This document shows positions 59,709-64,000 of a stretch of 64,000 bases of DNA, in pieces. Positions within the stretch are counted from its first letter, which is position 1, and every line of letters begins with the position of its first letter. The notes beneath the pieces were generated by a model, which saw only the letters and a program-made list of their open reading frames with translations, was not told the DNA's origin and ran no database searches. The position numbers and the translations under genes are program-made. Origin of the DNA: an uncultured delta proteobacterium (GTDB taxonomy: Bacteria; Desulfobacterota; Desulfomonilia; Desulfomonilales; Desulfomonilaceae); the NCBI GenBank assembly GCA_963789265.1, contig CAWBKB010000001.1, forward strand, positions 1,824,001-1,888,000, given 5' to 3'.

Positions 59709-60287
59709 ATGCATGAAACCTTTCTGAAAATATTTGATTTGGCCCGCCCGTTCCTCGACACTCGAGAAAACGAAGAACACGCTAAGATTGCATACAATTT
59801 CGCGGCGCGATTGCTGGACGAGGAGACGGGCGACGCTGACGTGATCTTCCCTGCGGTAATCCTTCACGATGTGGGCTGGAAGAGCATTCCCGAGCAGCTT
59901 CAAATTACGGCCTACGGTCCCGGCAATAAAGACAGGGACCTCAACAGGGTTCACGAGCGGGAAGGCGCAAGAATAGCCGGAGAGATACTCGAGAAGGTCA
60001 ACTACCCGAGGCACCTGATGGTAGAGATCACAGAGATCGTTTTGGGACATGACTCAAGGCAGGAATCGATCTCCGTCAACGACGCGATCGTCAAAGATTC
60101 CGATAAATTGTGGCGATACTCGCAGCATGGGATCAGTGTCCTTATGGAGCGATTCGAAATGTCCTTTCCTCAGTACCTGGATCGCCTGAGGAACAACCTT
60201 GAGAACTGGATGTTAACACGGACCGGCGCAAGAATTGCCGGAGAAGAGCTGCGGTTGCGCGAACAGAGCCTGGAACGGGCGGGATGA
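59709..60287 (+). CDS. HD-domain protein
   Basis: EEH...ILHDVGW...HE...HD...DSDKL. Confidence 0.88.
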   Translation: MHETFLKIFDLARPFLDTRENEEHAKIAYNFAARLLDEETGDADVIFPAVILHDVGWKSIPEQLQITAYGPGNKDRDLNRVHEREGARIAGEILEKVNYPRHLMVEITEIVLGHDSRQESISVNDAIVKDSDKLWRYSQHGISVLMERFEMSFPQYLDRLRNNLENWMLTRTGARIAGEELRLREQSLERAG

Positions 60288-60299
60288 CGAGGGGGCGTC

Positions 60300-61307
60300 A
60301 TGAAATCTTACGCTATCGAATCCGAATTCGGCATTGACAAGTTGAAAATGCTGGAGCGCGACGTACCGAAGCCCGGCTTCGGACGCGTTCTGGTCCAAAT
60401 GAAAGCGGCATCACTCAATTACCGCGATCTTATGGTGATCACCGGTAAGTATTCACGCGGGCTGCCGCTTCCGCTTATTCCGTTCTCCGATGGAGCGGGC
60501 GAAGTAGTGGAAGTCGGCGAGGGCGTGGAACACTGGAAACCTGGCGACAGGGTTGCGGGGATTTTCTTCCAAACCTGGCTTTCCGGCAAGATTGACGAAA
60601 GCGTGGCGAAGTCCGCCCTTGGAGGAGCTATCGACGGTGTCCTGGCTGAATTTGTGGAGTTTCGCGAAGACGGCCTGGTGGAGATACCACCCCACCTGTC
60701 CTATGAAGAAGGAGCCACTCTCCCCTGCGCCGCTGTCACTGCCTGGCACGCGCTCACCAGTGGAGGGCTTACGTGCGGCCAAAGCGTTCTGACTCTGGGC
60801 AGCGGCGGTGTATCGACTTTTGCCCTACTGTTTGCCAAAGCAGCCGGCGCTCAGATCATTGTCACCTCCAGCAGCGAGCAAAAGATGCATCGAATGATAG
60901 ATATGGGGGCGAGTCACGGGGTTAACTACAAGACCCTTCCGGACTGGGAGAAAAGTGTGATCGAACTCACTCAGGGGATCGGCGTTGACATTGTCGTCGA
61001 AGTTGGAGGCGCGGGAACATTCGGAAAATCCCTGCAAGCCGTTCGTTGCGGAGGACATATCAGCTTGATCGGGGTACTGTCAGGTCGATCCGGCGCGGCC
61101 GATCCAATGCCTGCGATCAGGAAGAGTGCGCGGATTCAGGGTATCTTCGTCGGTTCCAGGGAGATGTTCCTGGCAATGAACCGGGCTGTGACGCTACATC
61201 GGATTCGGCCGGTAATTGACCGAGTTTTCCCATTCGAAGCGGTCAGGGAAGCCCTTCGTTATATGGAAAGCGGGGCTCATTTCGGAAAGCTCGTCGTGCG
61301 CTTCTGA
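60300..61307 (+). CDS. MDR-family NAD(P)-dependent alcohol dehydrogenase/quinone reductase-like protein
   Basis: SLNYRD, SDGAGEV, TLPCAAVTAW, GSGGVS, HFGKLV. Confidence 0.92.
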   Translation: MKSYAIESEFGIDKLKMLERDVPKPGFGRVLVQMKAASLNYRDLMVITGKYSRGLPLPLIPFSDGAGEVVEVGEGVEHWKPGDRVAGIFFQTWLSGKIDESVAKSALGGAIDGVLAEFVEFREDGLVEIPPHLSYEEGATLPCAAVTAWHALTSGGLTCGQSVLTLGSGGVSTFALLFAKAAGAQIIVTSSSEQKMHRMIDMGASHGVNYKTLPDWEKSVIELTQGIGVDIVVEVGGAGTFGKSLQAVRCGGHISLIGVLSGRSGAADPMPAIRKSARIQGIFVGSREMFLAMNRAVTLHRIRPVIDRVFPFEAVREALRYMESGAHFGKLVVRF

Positions 61308-61319
61308 CCCGAATCTTAG

Positions 61320-62405
61320 CTAGTGTCCTGTCCCATTAATAAGTTTGCATATTTTCTCGACCTTTCTAAGGATTGAATCCGCTGTGGCCGTCCACACGAA
61401 AGGTCGTGCGTCTTGGTTATAGTTCTTCACGAAGTCTTCAATGCGTTCAACGAGTTGTTTGGTACCTGTAAAGGACCCTCGAACTATGGCCCGCTGGGAG
61501 ATTACCCCAAACCATCGTTCGACCTGATTAAGCCAGGATGCATACGTAGGTGTGTAATGAACGGAAAATCTAGGGTGGCTGGCGAGCCAGTTTTTGACCT
61601 TGTGGTGCTTGTGAGTGCAGTAGTTGTCTACAATAAGGTGCACGTTGAGGTCAGCCGGTACGTTTTTGTCCACCCGTTTGAGGAAACTAAGGAACTCCTG
61701 ATGCCTGTGTCGCTGTTTACACTCTGTGATCACTTGCCCGGTTGCCACGTCCAAAGCTGTAAAGAGCGTGGTGGTGCCATGGCGAAGGTAGTCATGGGTG
61801 ACTCCGTCCACATACCCGAGCCCCAAAGGCAACACAGGTTGACTACGCTCCAGAGCCTGGATCTGGGTCTTCTCGTCCACAGACAGTACCAGGGCCTTGT
61901 CCGGTGGATTCAGGTACAGTCCCACAATATCCCGAACTTTTTCTACAAACTGAGGGTCCGTAGAAAGCTTAAACGATTTAGTGAGATGCGGCTTAATACC
62001 AAAAAGATCCATACACCTTTGCACCGCACTCTTGGAGATTCCGGTCGAGCGCTCCAGACTTCTCATAGTCCATCGATTCCCTTGCGTCGGAGCGGTCTCC
62101 AGGACTGTTTGCAGCAATTGCGCTACCTTCTCGTCGTCATGATCCCTGGGCCGTCCCGGACGTTGCTCCCCATACAGCCCCGCAAGTCCCTGCTCGAGAA
62201 AACGCCTTCGCCAATGGGTTACCGTGCCACCGGATATCCCCAAACGCTGGGCAATAGACGTGTTCGATTCTCCTTCGGACGAGGCCAGAATGATTTGCGC
62301 CCTACGGACAACCCCGTGCCGCGACGTTCGAGATCTGGTCAAATTCTGCAACTCTTTACGCTCCAAATCCGAAAGGACGATTTCCTGTTTCTTGGGACGC
62401 CCCAT
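61320..62405 (-). CDS. IS630-family transposase
   Basis: SVDEKTQIQAL, RHGTTTLF, IVDNYCTH, SWLNQVERWF. Confidence 0.95.
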   Translation of the reverse strand: MGRPKKQEIVLSDLERKELQNLTRSRTSRHGVVRRAQIILASSEGESNTSIAQRLGISGGTVTHWRRRFLEQGLAGLYGEQRPGRPRDHDDEKVAQLLQTVLETAPTQGNRWTMRSLERSTGISKSAVQRCMDLFGIKPHLTKSFKLSTDPQFVEKVRDIVGLYLNPPDKALVLSVDEKTQIQALERSQPVLPLGLGYVDGVTHDYLRHGTTTLFTALDVATGQVITECKQRHRHQEFLSFLKRVDKNVPADLNVHLIVDNYCTHKHHKVKNWLASHPRFSVHYTPTYASWLNQVERWFGVISQRAIVRGSFTGTKQLVERIEDFVKNYNQDARPFVWTATADSILRKVEKICKLINGTGH

Positions 62406-62491
62406 AAGCTTTCGTGCCTCCCTCAGTGATGAGTGGGCACGAATGTAGCAGAAGTCCCTCGCTTTCGCGAGTTATTTGTGGGACAGGACAC
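61323..62491 (-). mobile_element. IS630-family insertion sequence
   Basis: IRs GTGTCCTGTCCCA..AATAA at both ends, flanked by TA (CTAG context). Confidence 0.92.
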
Positions 62492-62525
62492 TAGTTCGCT
62501 CCCAAATGAATGGGAATCGGCATTT

Positions 62526-62612
62526 AGCAAACGGCACTGACCTTGCACTATGAGGGTGCTCAGGTCAGTGGCACCCAACATCCATCCTTGAGATTCCGGG
62601 TGCCATTCCGCC
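62526..62612. repeat. Dispersed palindromic repeat (copy of 23631-23716)
   Basis: Direct sequence similarity to 23631-23716. Confidence 0.8.
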
Positions 62613-62693
62613 TCCCGTGGTGGCTTTGTCAGATCTGCGCTGCATCTATCGTTTGATCGCGAACCGTATCACTTGCTTGAGAGCGAATTCGTA

Positions 62694-64000
62694 TTATTTA
62701 TTGAGTTCTTCGTCGAGCAGGACCCTTCGGAGCACCTTTCCCACGCCGCTCATGGGAAGGGTCTCTCTAAAATCTATATATTGGGGAACCTTGTAAGAAG
62801 AGATTTTATCCTTGGCCCAGCCTGTGATATCCTCGGCTTCGATCTTTCCTTGGAATTCCGGTCTCAAAACCACAAATGCCTTGATTGCTTCGCCCTTCTT
62901 CTCATCCGGGATTCCAATCACAGCGGCATTTTCCACTGCTTCGTGGCGGACAAGGAACGTTTCAACCTCTTCCGGGAACACGCTGAAGCCGGAGGTTTTG
63001 ATCATTTCCTTGCGTCTTCCAAGATAATATAGGTATCCGTCTTCATCGAACTTCCCCATGTCTCCCGTATATACCCACCCATCGACAATGGAGTTTTTCG
63101 TTTCATCGGGCTTATTCCAATAACCTTTCAGAACCGACGGGTTATTTAATACAATTTCACCCATCTCTCCGATGGGGACCTCACGGGTCTTGTCTTCAAA
63201 GGCGACAATCTTGATATCCTGTCCGGGGATAGGAATGCCCTGGCAGCCGGGCACATATTTCGGCTTGTTGAGAGGCATGAAGGTATCGAACGTGTGCGTT
63301 TCTGTGAGGCCGTACGCGGCTTCCACCAAGACACAGCCGCCGGTGTCCGCTTGCCAGCGGTTCGCGATTTCCTCGGTGAGCTGGACCCCGAAGCTTACTG
63401 TCAGGCATAATTTGAGAGAAGAAAGATCGTAATTCTTCCTTTCAGGGTGATTCATAATCCCAATGTTCATGGGCACGGTGGCCTGGAAAAACTCAAGCTT
63501 GTATCTATCGATGGCCTGCATGGCCGCCACCGGATCAAACATTACCATAAGGACTTGTGTGGCCCCTTGGGCAATCATCGTATCCACGCTGCCCAGCATT
63601 CCCGCGATATGGAAGGTGGGAAGCGTCGCAAGGCTGGAGAAGCTGTCACCTTTGTGACCGAGAAAAGCCATGTTTGCGCTGATAATGTTCGACAGGACCG
63701 AAACCTTGAACAGTTTTGATTCGTGGGTCAGGATTGCACCTTTGGGAAGCCCTGTAGTACCACCTGTGTACTGGAGTTGGACAATGTCATCGAGACCGAC
63801 ATCGACCTCGACGGGCTCCGAGGAGTAGCGGCACAGAATGTCCATAAACTCGGTCGTATTTGGATGGGTCACTTTCGGCAAGTTCATCATGGGCGCCAGG
63901 TTCATCGTCGGCACTTCGGGGAGAAAATCATGCAGACTGGTGACGACGATTCTTTCCATTGAGCATTCATCACACGCACCGACCGCCACGGGATACAGGA
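62694..64000 (-). CDS. Long-chain acyl-CoA synthetase, 5'-truncated by window edge
   Basis: YTGGTTGLPKG, YGLTET, TGDMG, GRRKEMIK, LPMSGVGKV; frame open to the window end. Confidence 0.93.
   Translation of the reverse strand, partial: LYPVAVGACDECSMERIVVTSLHDFLPEVPTMNLAPMMNLPKVTHPNTTEFMDILCRYSSEPVEVDVGLDDIVQLQYTGGTTGLPKGAILTHESKLFKVSVLSNIISANMAFLGHKGDSFSSLATLPTFHIAGMLGSVDTMIAQGATQVLMVMFDPVAAMQAIDRYKLEFFQATVPMNIGIMNHPERKNYDLSSLKLCLTVSFGVQLTEEIANRWQADTGGCVLVEAAYGLTETHTFDTFMPLNKPKYVPGCQGIPIPGQDIKIVAFEDKTREVPIGEMGEIVLNNPSVLKGYWNKPDETKNSIVDGWVYTGDMGKFDEDGYLYYLGRRKEMIKTSGFSVFPEEVETFLVRHEAVENAAVIGIPDEKKGEAIKAFVVLRPEFQGKIEAEDITGWAKDKISSYKVPQYIDFRETLPMSGVGKVLRRVLLDEELNK

Noticed and set aside
61413..62429. 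338-aa ORF antisense to the IS630 transposase, and similar long antisense ORFs (51084-51848, 53189-54109, 58484-59290)
   Set aside because: Shadow frames of well-supported genes on the opposite strand, with no protein motifs.

Overview
Bacterial DNA of moderate-to-high GC content. Its gene content (Mop-type aldehyde oxidoreductase, PAS hybrid kinase, DUF362, many CoA ligases) points to an anaerobic Desulfobacterota/Desulfomonile-like organism; that assignment is an inference. The left ~26 kb is a patchwork. It holds an ECF sigma/anti-sigma module, thiH and fosX remnants, a hybrid kinase, Crp/DUF1638/MTH865 genes, an orphan antitoxin, a TetR-GH13 pair, a MerR-controlled Liv-type ABC transporter, CoA ligases, and many MITE/REP-like repeats. 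The main feature is a ~30 kb catabolic island (26.8-57.1 kb). It encodes LysR, an acetophenone-carboxylase-like complex (ApcB/C/D-like plus a truncated ApcA-like subunit), a Tm-1-like protein, an HMGS-DUF35/thiolase pair and a CoA ligase. It also encodes an MFS transporter, two acyl-CoA dehydrogenases, two SDRs, a cysteine hydrolase, Mop, an FAD oxidoreductase, an LMW phosphatase and a split PEP-synthase-like kinase (His-domain and ATP-binding subunits about 11 kb apart). Three of its operons share a conserved 30-bp upstream motif, which ties them into one putative regulon. The best hypothesis is an anaerobic phosphorylate-carboxylate-thiolyse route for hydroxylated aryl methyl ketones. The window also has a nested REP>MITE>IS1182 insertion, an IS630, and four +1 frameshifts that may be assembly errors. 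No rRNA, tRNA or CRISPR array was seen. All family calls come from motif recognition by eye, not database searches.
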